A stretch of DNA of 64,000 bases. Origin: Dudresnaya verticillata. Lineage: Eukaryota. The position numbers were made by a program, and so were the translations under genes. Positions 38,558 to 47,057 of this stretch are shown here, one piece after another. The DNA lies in contig OZ374559.1 of NCBI GenBank assembly GCA_977862235.1, positions 2,790,001 to 2,854,000 of the forward strand, read 5' to 3'. Each line of letters begins with the position of its first letter. The first letter of the stretch is position 1. The notes under the pieces were generated by a model. That model searched no databases. It saw only the letters and a list, made by a program, of their open reading frames with translations, and was not told the origin of the DNA.

Positions 38558-38901
38558 GAGAACGAAGGAAAGAACTTGCCGAGTAGGACAGTGAGCTACT
38601 GTAGGGTGAGTCTTATATACAGCTTGGCCGAGTTAAAACTCGGTCATGGGATCGCTGCTTGTGTGAAGAAGCCACCCACAAAATTGCGCGACCTAGCATC
38701 ATCCAGAAGCTGTGTATCAAACCACCCACAAACTGCTCGACCTAGCATCATCCAGAAGCTGGGGTGCAACTAACAGTCCCGATTTGGAGCTGCAATTCAA
38801 ACAGCGTACCCAAAAAGTGTGTGAGTTGTGGGACGCTCGGCCTATGCTCGCTACCCTTGGCATGTCTTTTCAGAAGTGTAAAGCGATTAGGACACCCTCT
38901 G
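38558..38901. repeat. 344-bp direct repeat, copy 1 (3' repeat of the element)
   Basis: Matches 42636-42979 and 46714-47057; contains minus-strand TATATAA and a ~40-bp internal duplication at 50-bp spacing. Confidence 0.95.
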
Positions 38902-38945
38902 AAAATCCGGTACCGAAACAGGGAAGCTTGTTGAACTTGTGGAGC

Positions 38946-41900
38946 TTACTGAGGGGGCGGGAGCGGAGGACGAGAAGAGTCTTTCAGCGACCAGAAATAA
39001 AGATTCATTTCCGGAGACAGGCGAAGCCTTGAGTCAAAGTAGACGTTCACGACCATATTGCTGCTACGCCAGCCGCCCCGGTTTGTGATGACGGGCATAG
39101 GAACGTTGAGGAGGACTTGTGCTGTAACACTGCCGCTTCGGAGGCTGTGGGAGGTGTAACTGGCGAACGGCGGCGGAATTATTTGCAGATCTGTGAGACA
39201 CGCTGCAAGAGAATCACTAACGATTTGTGGACGAAGATCGACGCCCTGACGGGCCCAGTAGAGGTCGTCTGTTTGGGCAATTGCGGAGCGTCCAGCATAG
39301 AAGCGAAGCTGTAGCGCGAGCGGGTTTCGATTGACAAAACCAACGGGACTGTGACGGCAGGTGACGGCGCAGGCCCCAACGCCTCGGAGCAATCTGCCTT
39401 TCAGAGAACGGGGTCGTGCCGTGATAGTAATGTGGTTGAGCACGGTGGGTGAAGTGTCTGAAGCTGGAGCGCGAACCACGCTGATATCTTGGACCTGTAC
39501 AGTTCGAACAGAATTTTCCCGCCATGTCATCAAATATTGAAACTCCACGAGAGCGCACTGATGCTCCGTAAGCGAACCTGGACGAGCTTGAAGGCCGCGA
39601 CGCCTGATCCTGAAGACAATTGCAGCCGGCAGAGCAGCTCGAACGTCTACAAGTGCCCCTCGATTGTCGTCTTGATGACGAAAAGCACGAAGAAGGTCGG
39701 CATGAGGATTGCCTACCAGAGGGTCTGGCAAACCTTCTCGCAAATGCCTCGTCCGGATTGCGGAAAGGTAGTGGTCCACTGACTTTCCATGAATGCGATT
39801 TTCTTCAAATAAGAAACCGACATAGGATAGAACGGTACCAACCCCTGCTGGGAGGGAAGAATGCCCATTCCGATTGCAAAAGCCCTCAAACTTCCTCCAC
39901 TGAGTTGTTTTGGTACGGTCAGTGGACGGTGCAATGCAGCGCCCTGCTAGACGTACTGTAGCTCGTCCGGCAGCAGTTGAAGGGACGAGAGACGCGATTC
40001 TGCGTTGGAGGGCCTGACCGGCGGTTTCCCTACTTCGGCCAATAACAACGCCCAGGCGGGGTTGGCTTGTTCTGTTGTGAATAGAGGACGGCCCGGGCCG
40101 GGACTGATGACGCGACTGTTGAGCGAGATCTGTTGCAATAGTGCGAACCAAGGCGCTCCGGTCCAGTAGGGGACGACTAAGATGCCGTGCGCTCCTTCCT
40201 CTCTGATCTTGAGGAGCGTGGACGGAATCCACGGCGGAGGAGGGTTCCATAAACGACTCTTCCCGTCTCCCCAGTGCTCGGCGAACTGGGCCATCATAAC
40301 CTTGCGGCGTGCGGATGGTGCTTCCCCGAGGGGCCAGTAACGCCGCACGATTTGTAATTGGAGCGAGGTTGCTACGGACTGCAGCAATAATGGCGTCGCT
40401 GCGAGGTCTCGCGGGTTCCAAGTCCGACTCAGGCTGTCCGCGTATTTGTTGAGGGCCGACGGAAGCCACTCCGCGCGAATGGTTACCTTCATCCCGACGA
40501 GGAGGTGGTGTAGCCGACGGAGTTCTGCCATGAGTTCTGCCTTCGCTGACACCATGTTGGAAATGATGTGGAAGACTGCCATATTGTCCACGTGTAAGAG
40601 CAATATGGAATGATCTCCGGTAATTTGAGACTGCATCATCGAATCCTCCAAAGCCATTCGGACAGCAACAAGTTCCCGGAGCGTAATGGACTTCAACCGA
40701 AGAAAGGGAGACCAAATTCCTTGTACCTCTATGTCTCCCGGGGATCCGGCCTGCATATTTGAACCCAATGTAGCACCGTACCCTACATCGGCTGCATCGG
40801 TATGCAGGCACCATGAAGGTTTTCCGCCACCAATTAACCGTCCATCTCCAGCCAGCATCGTAGACCAGGATTGCAGATCCCGAACCGCGGTGTGGCTCAG
40901 CTTCACTGTGCGTTCCGGATAGCGGCCGCGCCTGGGCGCCACATCCTTCAGAGAATCGTACAAGCTCCGAGTAAAGAAGCGCGCCAGCGGGAGCGGTATG
41001 AGCTGCGAGACAGCACGGCCACAAAAACTGGCAAGTACAGTTTCGCGGACCCAGCGACTCCTCTGCCTGGCGGTTCGGAGCAAATCTGAGGACATCTCTT
41101 GGAGCTGCTGAAGCTTCGAGGGAGATACGAAGTATCGAAATGCGACAGTGTCGATAACCAGCCCTAGATGTTCGATTCTCGTCGCGCCGTGACCCCAAAT
41201 GCCCTTGCTGGGATGCCGAACTAACCCTAGCATCGTGAAAAGCTGGTCCAAATGAACAGAGGTGATGCCGCAATCTTCTGGAGTGCTCGGTCTGCTGCCA
41301 TCTCCAGGGGCGATTAGGTAGTCGTCGAGCCATACTAGGACACGAAGGCACAGCTCGCTCCGCATAAACCGAGTCAAAGGGCTTAGAATTTTTGTAAACC
41401 AGAACGGAGAGGCTGTCCAACCAAATGGCAACGCGATACATCGATAATACTGTCCATCGTACCTGAAAAGAAACCAATTCCACATCTTCCGATGAAGAGC
41501 GAAGTGACGATACCCAGATGACCAGTCGAATGATAAAAGGTAATCGCCAGGGCAAAGGCAGGCCCCAAAGCTGGACAGTGTATCCATACGTACGGATTGT
41601 TTGTCCCAATGGGTGCTTTGCTCTTTTAGGTTGATGATGAAGCGGGGTTTGCCTTTCTGCCAAGTGACAAATGCGCTTGAAATGAGAGCTCCATTGCTGA
41701 GTTGTTGATGTGCAAAGGTCGCACTCACCTGCTGGTAAGTGCCGATAGTGCACCCCTCCGACAGCTCCTTCCGGCCAAAAGAGAGATCTTCTGGGCTCTG
41801 AGGGATCTCGGGAAGCTCCCGTCCTAGGGTGAACGGGCGTTGAGGAGGGTCCCACACTCCAAACATAAGAATGCGGATGACAAAGGCGGACGCGCTGATC

Positions 41901-42518
41901 TGCTCCCAGTTCTGCGCTCTTTGTCTCGTGCCGGCCCACCGCGCTTGGTGCCAGGAGGCCTGCACTGGGTCCTGTCCGGGTGACATTATCCCTTGTGGTC
42001 TGGCTTCTTGCCACCGCTGGTAGCATCCTTAGCCAGACTCTTGGCTGTCTCGATGACATATTTCGCAGACAGTTCCTGATAGACGTCTGCGTAGGCTTCC
42101 GAGGGAACCTGGTGGCGCTTGGCTTCGACACGGGTCTCGACAAGCTCAGCGATTTGATTGGCTTGAGTCTGTCCTTTCGAAAGAACGGTTTGGAAATGGG
42201 CTGTACGCATAGAGAGAACTTCTTTCGCGCCACCAAGACCTTCTTCGATGAGCCCCAGAAGCCGGGACTGCTTGTCGACATCAGATTCCGCCCCGAGGAG
42301 CGAGAGAGCAGCCAGAGACTGCTCGATCCAGCACCCAGCGGAGTGAATATACTCCAGCTCTTTGGCATTACGGCGGTCCTTGCGGTGGGTCTCCAGGTAG
42401 AGGGTAGTCTCGGGCTTGAAGAAGCCCACCTCGTTAGGAAGAACGAGACTGGAGCGAGGCCACAGGGCCCTACGGCCGACCATGCCAGAAGCAAGCTGAT
42501 GATTGACAAGTTCAGCAT
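38946..42518 (-). CDS. Long overlapping ORF with C-terminal tyrosine recombinase (unit 1)
   Basis: YR domain at ~38946-39950: WRENSV (R), SLKG (K), SHSLRSG (HxxR), GGWRSSNMVVNVY (W, Y); true start unknown. Confidence 0.85.
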   Translation of the reverse strand: MLNLSIISLLLAWSAVGPCGLAPVSFFLTRWASSSPRLPSTWRPTARTAVMPKSWSIFTPLGAGSSSLWLLSRSSGRNLMSTSSPGFWGSSKKVLVARKKFSLCVQPISKPFFRKDRLKPIKSLSLSRPVSKPSATRFPRKPTQTSIRNCLRNMSSRQPRVWLRMLPAVARSQTTRDNVTRTGPSAGLLAPSAVGRHETKSAELGADQRVRLCHPHSYVWSVGPSSTPVHPRTGASRDPSEPRRSLFWPEGAVGGVHYRHLPAGECDLCTSTTQQWSSHFKRICHLAERQTPLHHQPKRAKHPLGQTIRTYGYTVQLWGLPLPWRLPFIIRLVIWVSSLRSSSEDVELVSFQVRWTVLSMYRVAIWLDSLSVLVYKNSKPFDSVYAERAVPSCPSMARRLPNRPWRWQQTEHSRRLRHHLCSFGPAFHDARVSSASQQGHLGSRRDENRTSRAGYRHCRISILRISLEASAAPRDVLRFAPNRQAEESLGPRNCTCQFLWPCCLAAHTAPAGALLYSELVRFSEGCGAQARPLSGTHSEAEPHRGSGSAILVYDAGWRWTVNWWRKTFMVPAYRCSRCRVRCYIGFKYAGRIPGRHRGTRNLVSLSSVEVHYAPGTCCCPNGFGGFDDAVSNYRRSFHIALTRGQYGSLPHHFQHGVSEGRTHGRTPSATPPPRRDEGNHSRGVASVGPQQIRGQPESDLEPARPRSDAIIAAVRSNLAPITNRAALLAPRGSTIRTPQGYDGPVRRALGRREESFMEPSSAVDSVHAPQDQRGRSARHLSRPLLDRSALVRTIATDLAQQSRHQSRPGPSSIHNRTSQPRLGVVIGRSRETAGQALQRRIASLVPSTAAGRATVRLAGRCIAPSTDRTKTTQWRKFEGFCNRNGHSSLPAGVGTVLSYVGFLFEENRIHGKSVDHYLSAIRTRHLREGLPDPLVGNPHADLLRAFRHQDDNRGALVDVRAALPAAIVFRIRRRGLQARPGSLTEHQCALVEFQYLMTWRENSVRTVQVQDISVVRAPASDTSPTVLNHITITARPRSLKGRLLRGVGACAVTCRHSPVGFVNRNPLALQLRFYAGRSAIAQTDDLYWARQGVDLRPQIVSDSLAACLTDLQIIPPPFASYTSHSLRSGSVTAQVLLNVPMPVITNRGGWRSSNMVVNVYFDSRLRLSPEMNLYFWSLKDSSRPPLPPPQ
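39947..41986 (-). CDS. pol: DIRS Pol: reverse transcriptase, RNase H, adenine-methyltransferase-like domain (unit 1)
   Basis: SFDWSSGYRH, LPFGWTASP, WLDD; LHTDAA, RELVAV, VDN, ADSLSR; WNPPPPWI...LVVPYW..APWF. Confidence 0.92.
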   Translation of the reverse strand: MSPGQDPVQASWHQARWAGTRQRAQNWEQISASAFVIRILMFGVWDPPQRPFTLGRELPEIPQSPEDLSFGRKELSEGCTIGTYQQVSATFAHQQLSNGALISSAFVTWQKGKPRFIINLKEQSTHWDKQSVRMDTLSSFGACLCPGDYLLSFDWSSGYRHFALHRKMWNWFLFRYDGQYYRCIALPFGWTASPFWFTKILSPLTRFMRSELCLRVLVWLDDYLIAPGDGSRPSTPEDCGITSVHLDQLFTMLGLVRHPSKGIWGHGATRIEHLGLVIDTVAFRYFVSPSKLQQLQEMSSDLLRTARQRSRWVRETVLASFCGRAVSQLIPLPLARFFTRSLYDSLKDVAPRRGRYPERTVKLSHTAVRDLQSWSTMLAGDGRLIGGGKPSWCLHTDAADVGYGATLGSNMQAGSPGDIEVQGIWSPFLRLKSITLRELVAVRMALEDSMMQSQITGDHSILLLHVDNMAVFHIISNMVSAKAELMAELRRLHHLLVGMKVTIRAEWLPSALNKYADSLSRTWNPRDLAATPLLLQSVATSLQLQIVRRYWPLGEAPSARRKVMMAQFAEHWGDGKSRLWNPPPPWIPSTLLKIREEGAHGILVVPYWTGAPWFALLQQISLNSRVISPGPGRPLFTTEQANPAWALLLAEVGKPPVRPSNAESRLSSLQLLPDELQYV

Positions 42519-42579
42519 AATCGCTGGGAATGGCGGGAGAGATTGAGATAGATGAAGAGGGAGGGGTTGGTTCAGTCAT
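41986..42579 (-). CDS. Putative Gag-like ORF1, 197 aa (unit 1)
   Basis: First ATG ORF after the repeat; its stop overlaps the pol ATG (TAATG); assignment is positional. Confidence 0.7.
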   Translation of the reverse strand: MTEPTPPSSSISISPAIPSDYAELVNHQLASGMVGRRALWPRSSLVLPNEVGFFKPETTLYLETHRKDRRNAKELEYIHSAGCWIEQSLAALSLLGAESDVDKQSRLLGLIEEGLGGAKEVLSMRTAHFQTVLSKGQTQANQIAELVETRVEAKRHQVPSEAYADVYQELSAKYVIETAKSLAKDATSGGKKPDHKG

Positions 42580-42635
42580 GAGTTTGAGTGGTTCGCCTGT
42601 CGGAGTGACGGAAATCCTTTGTTCTCAACCGGCTT

Positions 42636-42979
42636 GAGAACGAAGGAAAGAACTTGCCGAGTAGGACAGTGAGCTACTGTAGGGTGAGTCTTATATACAG
42701 CTTGGCCGAGTTAAAACTCGGTCATGGGATCGCTGCTTGTGTGAAGAAGCCACCCACAAAATTGCGCGACCTAGCATCATCCAGAAGCTGTGTATCAAAC
42801 CACCCACAAACTGCTCGACCTAGCATCATCCAGAAGCTGGGGTGCAACTAACAGTCCCGATTTGGAGCTGCAATTCAAACAGCGTACCCAAAAAGTGTGT
42901 GAGTTGTGGGACGCTCGGCCTATGCTCGCTACCCTTGGCATGTCTTTTCAGAAGTGTAAAGCGATTAGGACACCCTCTG
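42636..42979. repeat. 344-bp direct repeat, copy 2 (shared by both units)
   Basis: Matches copies 1 and 3. Confidence 0.95.
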
Positions 42980-43023
42980 AAAATCCGGTACCGAAACAGG
43001 GAAGCTTGTTGAACTTGTGGAGC

Positions 43024-46000
43024 TTACTGAGGGGGCGGGAGCGGAGGACGAGAAGAGTCTTTCAGCGACCAGAAATAAAGATTCATTTCCGGAGACAGGC
43101 GAAGCCTTGAGTCAAAGTAGACGTTCACGACCATATTGCTGCTACGCCAGCCGCCCCGGTTTGTGATGACGGGCATAGGAACGTTGAGGAGGACTTGTGC
43201 TGTAACACTGCCGCTTCGGAGGCTGTGGGAGGTGTAACTGGCGAACGGCGGCGGAATTATTTGCAGATCTGTGAGACACGCTGCAAGAGAATCACTAACG
43301 ATTTGTGGACGAAGATCGACGCCCTGACGGGCCCAGTAGAGGTCGTCTGTTTGGGCAATTGCGGAGCGTCCAGCATAGAAGCGAAGCTGTAGCGCGAGCG
43401 GGTTTCGATTGACAAAACCAACGGGACTGTGACGGCAGGTGACGGCGCAGGCCCCAACGCCTCGGAGCAATCTGCCTTTCAGAGAACGGGGTCGTGCCGT
43501 GATAGTAATGTGGTTGAGCACGGTGGGTGAAGTGTCTGAAGCTGGAGCGCGAACCACGCTGATATCTTGGACCTGTACAGTTCGAACAGAATTTTCCCGC
43601 CATGTCATCAAATATTGAAACTCCACGAGAGCGCACTGATGCTCCGTAAGCGAACCTGGACGAGCTTGAAGGCCGCGACGCCTGATCCTGAAGACAATTG
43701 CAGCCGGCAGAGCAGCTCGAACGTCTACAAGTGCCCCTCGATTGTCGTCTTGATGACGAAAAGCACGAAGAAGGTCGGCATGAGGATTGCCTACCAGAGG
43801 GTCTGGCAAACCTTCTCGCAAATGCCTCGTCCGGATTGCGGAAAGGTAGTGGTCCACTGACTTTCCATGAATGCGATTTTCTTCAAATAAGAAACCGACA
43901 TAGGATAGAACGGTACCAACCCCTGCTGGGAGGGAAGAATGCCCATTCCGATTGCAAAAGCCCTCAAACTTCCTCCACTGAGTTGTTTTGGTACGGTCAG
44001 TGGACGGTGCAATGCAGCGCCCTGCTAGACGTACTGTAGCTCGTCCGGCAGCAGTTGAAGGGACGAGAGACGCGATTCTGCGTTGGAGGGCCTGACCGGC
44101 GGTTTCCCTACTTCGGCCAATAACAACGCCCAGGCGGGGTTGGCTTGTTCTGTTGTGAATAGAGGACGGCCCGGGCCGGGACTGATGACGCGACTGTTGA
44201 GCGAGATCTGTTGCAATAGTGCGAACCAAGGCGCTCCGGTCCAGTAGGGGACGACTAAGATGCCGTGCGCTCCTTCCTCTCTGATCTTGAGGAGCGTGGA
44301 CGGAATCCACGGCGGAGGAGGGTTCCATAAACGACTCTTCCCGTCTCCCCAGTGCTCGGCGAACTGGGCCATCATAACCTTGCGGCGTGCGGATGGTGCT
44401 TCCCCGAGGGGCCAGTAACGCCGCACGATTTGTAATTGGAGCGAGGTTGCTACGGACTGCAGCAATAATGGCGTCGCTGCGAGGTCTCGCGGGTTCCAAG
44501 TCCGACTCAGGCTGTCCGCGTATTTGTTGAGGGCCGACGGAAGCCACTCCGCGCGAATGGTTACCTTCATCCCGACGAGGAGGTGGTGTAGCCGACGGAG
44601 TTCTGCCATGAGTTCTGCCTTCGCTGACACCATGTTGGAAATGATGTGGAAGACTGCCATATTGTCCACGTGTAAGAGCAATATGGAATGATCTCCGGTA
44701 ATTTGAGACTGCATCATCGAATCCTCCAAAGCCATTCGGACAGCAACAAGTTCCCGGAGCGTAATGGACTTCAACCGAAGAAAGGGAGACCAAATTCCTT
44801 GTACCTCTATGTCTCCCGGGGATCCGGCCTGCATATTTGAACCCAATGTAGCACCGTACCCTACATCGGCTGCATCGGTATGCAGGCACCATGAAGGTTT
44901 TCCGCCACCAATTAACCGTCCATCTCCAGCCAGCATCGTAGACCAGGATTGCAGATCCCGAACCGCGGTGTGGCTCAGCTTCACTGTGCGTTCCGGATAG
45001 CGGCCGCGCCTGGGCGCCACATCCTTCAGAGCATCGTACAAGCTCCGAGTAAAGAAGCGCGCCAGCGGGAGCGGTATGAGCTGCGAGACAGCACGGCCAC
45101 AAAAACTGGCAAGTACAGTTTCGCGGACCCAGCGACTCCTCTGCCTGGCGGTTCGGAGCAAATCTGAGGACATCTCTTGGAGCTGCTGAAGCTTCGAGGG
45201 AGATACGAAGTATCGAAATGCGACAGTGTCGATAACCAGCCCTAGATGTTCGATTCTCGTCGCGCCGTGACCCCAAATGCCCTTGCTGGGATGCCGAACT
45301 AACCCTAGCATCGTGAAAAGCTGGTCCAAATGAACAGAGGTGATGCCGCAATCTTCTGGAGTGCTCGGTCTGCTGCCATCTCCAGGGGCGATTAGGTAGT
45401 CGTCGAGCCATACTAGGACACGAAGGCACAGCTCGCTCCGCATAAACCGAGTCAAAGGGCTTAGAATTTTTGTAAACCAGAACGGAGAGGCTGTCCAACC
45501 AAATGGCAACGCGATACATCGATAATACTGTCCATCGTACCTGAAAAGAAACCAATTCCACATCTTCCGATGAAGAGCGAAGTGACGATACCCAGATGAC
45601 CAGTCGAATGATAAAAGGTAATCGCCAGGGCAAAGGCAGGCCCCAAAGCTGGACAGTGTATCCATACGTACGGATTGTTTGTCCCAATGGGTGCTTTGCT
45701 CTTTTAGGTTGATGATGAAGCGGGGTTTGCCTTTCTGCCAAGTGACAAATGCGCTTGAAATGAGAGCTCCATTGCTGAGTTGTTGATGTGCAAAGGTCGC
45801 ACTCACCTGCTGGTAAGTGCCGATAGTGCACCCCTCCGACAGCTCCTTCCGGCCAAAAGAGAGATCTTCTGGGCTCTGAGGGATCTCGGGAAGCTCCCGT
45901 CCTAGGGTGAACGGGCGTTGAGGAGGGTCCCACACTCCAAACATAAGAATGCGGATGACAAAGGCGGACGCGCTGATCTGCTCCCAGTTCTGCGCTCTTT

Positions 46001-46596
46001 GTCTCGTGCCGGCCCACCGCGCTTGGTGCCAGGAGGCCTGCACTGGGTCCTGTCCGGGTGACATTATCCCTTGTGGTCTGGCTTCTTGCCACCGCTGGTA
46101 GCATCCTTAGCCAGACTCTTGGCTGTCTCGATGACATATTTCGCAGACAGTTCCTGATAGACGTCTGCGTAGGCTTCCGAGGGAACCTGGTGGCGCTTGG
46201 CTTCGACACGGGTCTCGACAAGCTCAGCGATTTGATTGGCTTGAGTCTGTCCTTTCGAAAGAACGGTTTGGAAATGGGCTGTACGCATAGAGAGAACTTC
46301 TTTCGCGCCACCAAGACCTTCTTCGATGAGCCCCAGAAGCCGGGACTGCTTGTCGACATCAGATTCCGCCCCGAGGAGCGAGAGAGCAGCCAGAGACTGC
46401 TCGATCCAGCACCCAGCGGAGTGAATATACTCCAGCTCTTTGGCATTACGGCGGTCCTTGCGGTGGGTCTCCAGGTAGAGGGTAGTCTCGGGCTTGAAGA
46501 AGCCCACCTCGTTAGGAAGAACGAGACTGGAGCGAGGCCACAGGGCCCTACGGCCGACCATGCCAGAAGCAAGCTGATGATTGACAAGTTCAGCAT
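43024..46596 (-). CDS. Long overlapping ORF with C-terminal tyrosine recombinase (unit 2)
   Basis: Same as unit 1 except one F/C substitution. Confidence 0.85.
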   Translation of the reverse strand: MLNLSIISLLLAWSAVGPCGLAPVSFFLTRWASSSPRLPSTWRPTARTAVMPKSWSIFTPLGAGSSSLWLLSRSSGRNLMSTSSPGFWGSSKKVLVARKKFSLCVQPISKPFFRKDRLKPIKSLSLSRPVSKPSATRFPRKPTQTSIRNCLRNMSSRQPRVWLRMLPAVARSQTTRDNVTRTGPSAGLLAPSAVGRHETKSAELGADQRVRLCHPHSYVWSVGPSSTPVHPRTGASRDPSEPRRSLFWPEGAVGGVHYRHLPAGECDLCTSTTQQWSSHFKRICHLAERQTPLHHQPKRAKHPLGQTIRTYGYTVQLWGLPLPWRLPFIIRLVIWVSSLRSSSEDVELVSFQVRWTVLSMYRVAIWLDSLSVLVYKNSKPFDSVYAERAVPSCPSMARRLPNRPWRWQQTEHSRRLRHHLCSFGPAFHDARVSSASQQGHLGSRRDENRTSRAGYRHCRISILRISLEASAAPRDVLRFAPNRQAEESLGPRNCTCQFLWPCCLAAHTAPAGALLYSELVRCSEGCGAQARPLSGTHSEAEPHRGSGSAILVYDAGWRWTVNWWRKTFMVPAYRCSRCRVRCYIGFKYAGRIPGRHRGTRNLVSLSSVEVHYAPGTCCCPNGFGGFDDAVSNYRRSFHIALTRGQYGSLPHHFQHGVSEGRTHGRTPSATPPPRRDEGNHSRGVASVGPQQIRGQPESDLEPARPRSDAIIAAVRSNLAPITNRAALLAPRGSTIRTPQGYDGPVRRALGRREESFMEPSSAVDSVHAPQDQRGRSARHLSRPLLDRSALVRTIATDLAQQSRHQSRPGPSSIHNRTSQPRLGVVIGRSRETAGQALQRRIASLVPSTAAGRATVRLAGRCIAPSTDRTKTTQWRKFEGFCNRNGHSSLPAGVGTVLSYVGFLFEENRIHGKSVDHYLSAIRTRHLREGLPDPLVGNPHADLLRAFRHQDDNRGALVDVRAALPAAIVFRIRRRGLQARPGSLTEHQCALVEFQYLMTWRENSVRTVQVQDISVVRAPASDTSPTVLNHITITARPRSLKGRLLRGVGACAVTCRHSPVGFVNRNPLALQLRFYAGRSAIAQTDDLYWARQGVDLRPQIVSDSLAACLTDLQIIPPPFASYTSHSLRSGSVTAQVLLNVPMPVITNRGGWRSSNMVVNVYFDSRLRLSPEMNLYFWSLKDSSRPPLPPPQ
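44025..46064 (-). CDS. pol: DIRS Pol RT/RH/MT (unit 2)
   Basis: Same as unit 1 except YDSLK/YDALK. Confidence 0.92.
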   Translation of the reverse strand: MSPGQDPVQASWHQARWAGTRQRAQNWEQISASAFVIRILMFGVWDPPQRPFTLGRELPEIPQSPEDLSFGRKELSEGCTIGTYQQVSATFAHQQLSNGALISSAFVTWQKGKPRFIINLKEQSTHWDKQSVRMDTLSSFGACLCPGDYLLSFDWSSGYRHFALHRKMWNWFLFRYDGQYYRCIALPFGWTASPFWFTKILSPLTRFMRSELCLRVLVWLDDYLIAPGDGSRPSTPEDCGITSVHLDQLFTMLGLVRHPSKGIWGHGATRIEHLGLVIDTVAFRYFVSPSKLQQLQEMSSDLLRTARQRSRWVRETVLASFCGRAVSQLIPLPLARFFTRSLYDALKDVAPRRGRYPERTVKLSHTAVRDLQSWSTMLAGDGRLIGGGKPSWCLHTDAADVGYGATLGSNMQAGSPGDIEVQGIWSPFLRLKSITLRELVAVRMALEDSMMQSQITGDHSILLLHVDNMAVFHIISNMVSAKAELMAELRRLHHLLVGMKVTIRAEWLPSALNKYADSLSRTWNPRDLAATPLLLQSVATSLQLQIVRRYWPLGEAPSARRKVMMAQFAEHWGDGKSRLWNPPPPWIPSTLLKIREEGAHGILVVPYWTGAPWFALLQQISLNSRVISPGPGRPLFTTEQANPAWALLLAEVGKPPVRPSNAESRLSSLQLLPDELQYV

Positions 46597-46657
46597 AATC
46601 GCTGGGAATGGCGGGAGAGATTGAGATAGATGAAGAGGGAGGGGTTGGTTCAGTCAT
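46064..46657 (-). CDS. Putative Gag-like ORF1 (unit 2)
   Basis: Translation identical to unit 1. Confidence 0.7.
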   Translation of the reverse strand: MTEPTPPSSSISISPAIPSDYAELVNHQLASGMVGRRALWPRSSLVLPNEVGFFKPETTLYLETHRKDRRNAKELEYIHSAGCWIEQSLAALSLLGAESDVDKQSRLLGLIEEGLGGAKEVLSMRTAHFQTVLSKGQTQANQIAELVETRVEAKRHQVPSEAYADVYQELSAKYVIETAKSLAKDATSGGKKPDHKG

Positions 46658-46713
46658 GAGTTTGAGTGGTTCGCCTGTCGGAGTGACGGAAATCCTTTGT
46701 TCTCAACCGGCTT

Positions 46714-47057
46714 GAGAACGAAGGAAAGAACTTGCCGAGTAGGACAGTGAGCTACTGTAGGGTGAGTCTTATATACAGCTTGGCCGAGTTAAAACTCGGT
46801 CATGGGATCGCTGCTTGTGTGAAGAAGCCACCCACAAAATTGCGCGACCTAGCATCATCCAGAAGCTGTGTATCAAACCACCCACAAACTGCTCGACCTA
46901 GCATCATCCAGAAGCTGGGGTGCAACTAACAGTCCCGATTTGGAGCTGCAATTCAAACAGCGTACCCAAAAAGTGTGTGAGTTGTGGGACGCTCGGCCTA
47001 TGCTCGCTACCCTTGGCATGTCTTTTCAGAAGTGTAAAGCGATTAGGACACCCTCTG
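46714..47057. repeat. 344-bp direct repeat, copy 3 (5' repeat, likely promoter)
   Basis: Matches copies 1 and 2; minus-strand TATATAA at 46769-46775. Confidence 0.95.

Larger units (their letters stand above)
38388..47055 (-). mobile_element. Tandem dimer of a tyrosine-recombinase (DIRS-order) retrotransposon
   Basis: 4078-bp period; three direct repeats; gag, RT/RH/MT and YR ORFs in each unit; TGTAAATATTTC at 38376-38387 and 47056-47067; only one difference seen between units (A40954 vs C45032). Confidence 0.9.

Noticed and set aside
38672..38761. Repeat-spacer-like pattern inside the 344-bp repeat as a CRISPR array
   Set aside because: Only two copies, inside a eukaryotic retroelement repeat, with no cas genes
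41980..42546. 188-aa antisense ORF over the YR-element gag (also 46058-46624)
   Set aside because: No motifs or ATG start context; likely a shadow of the sense ORFs
38558..47057. Tandem YR units as a pure assembly artefact
   Set aside because: One substitution distinguishes the units and the junction is a clean shared repeat; disfavoured but not excluded without long reads
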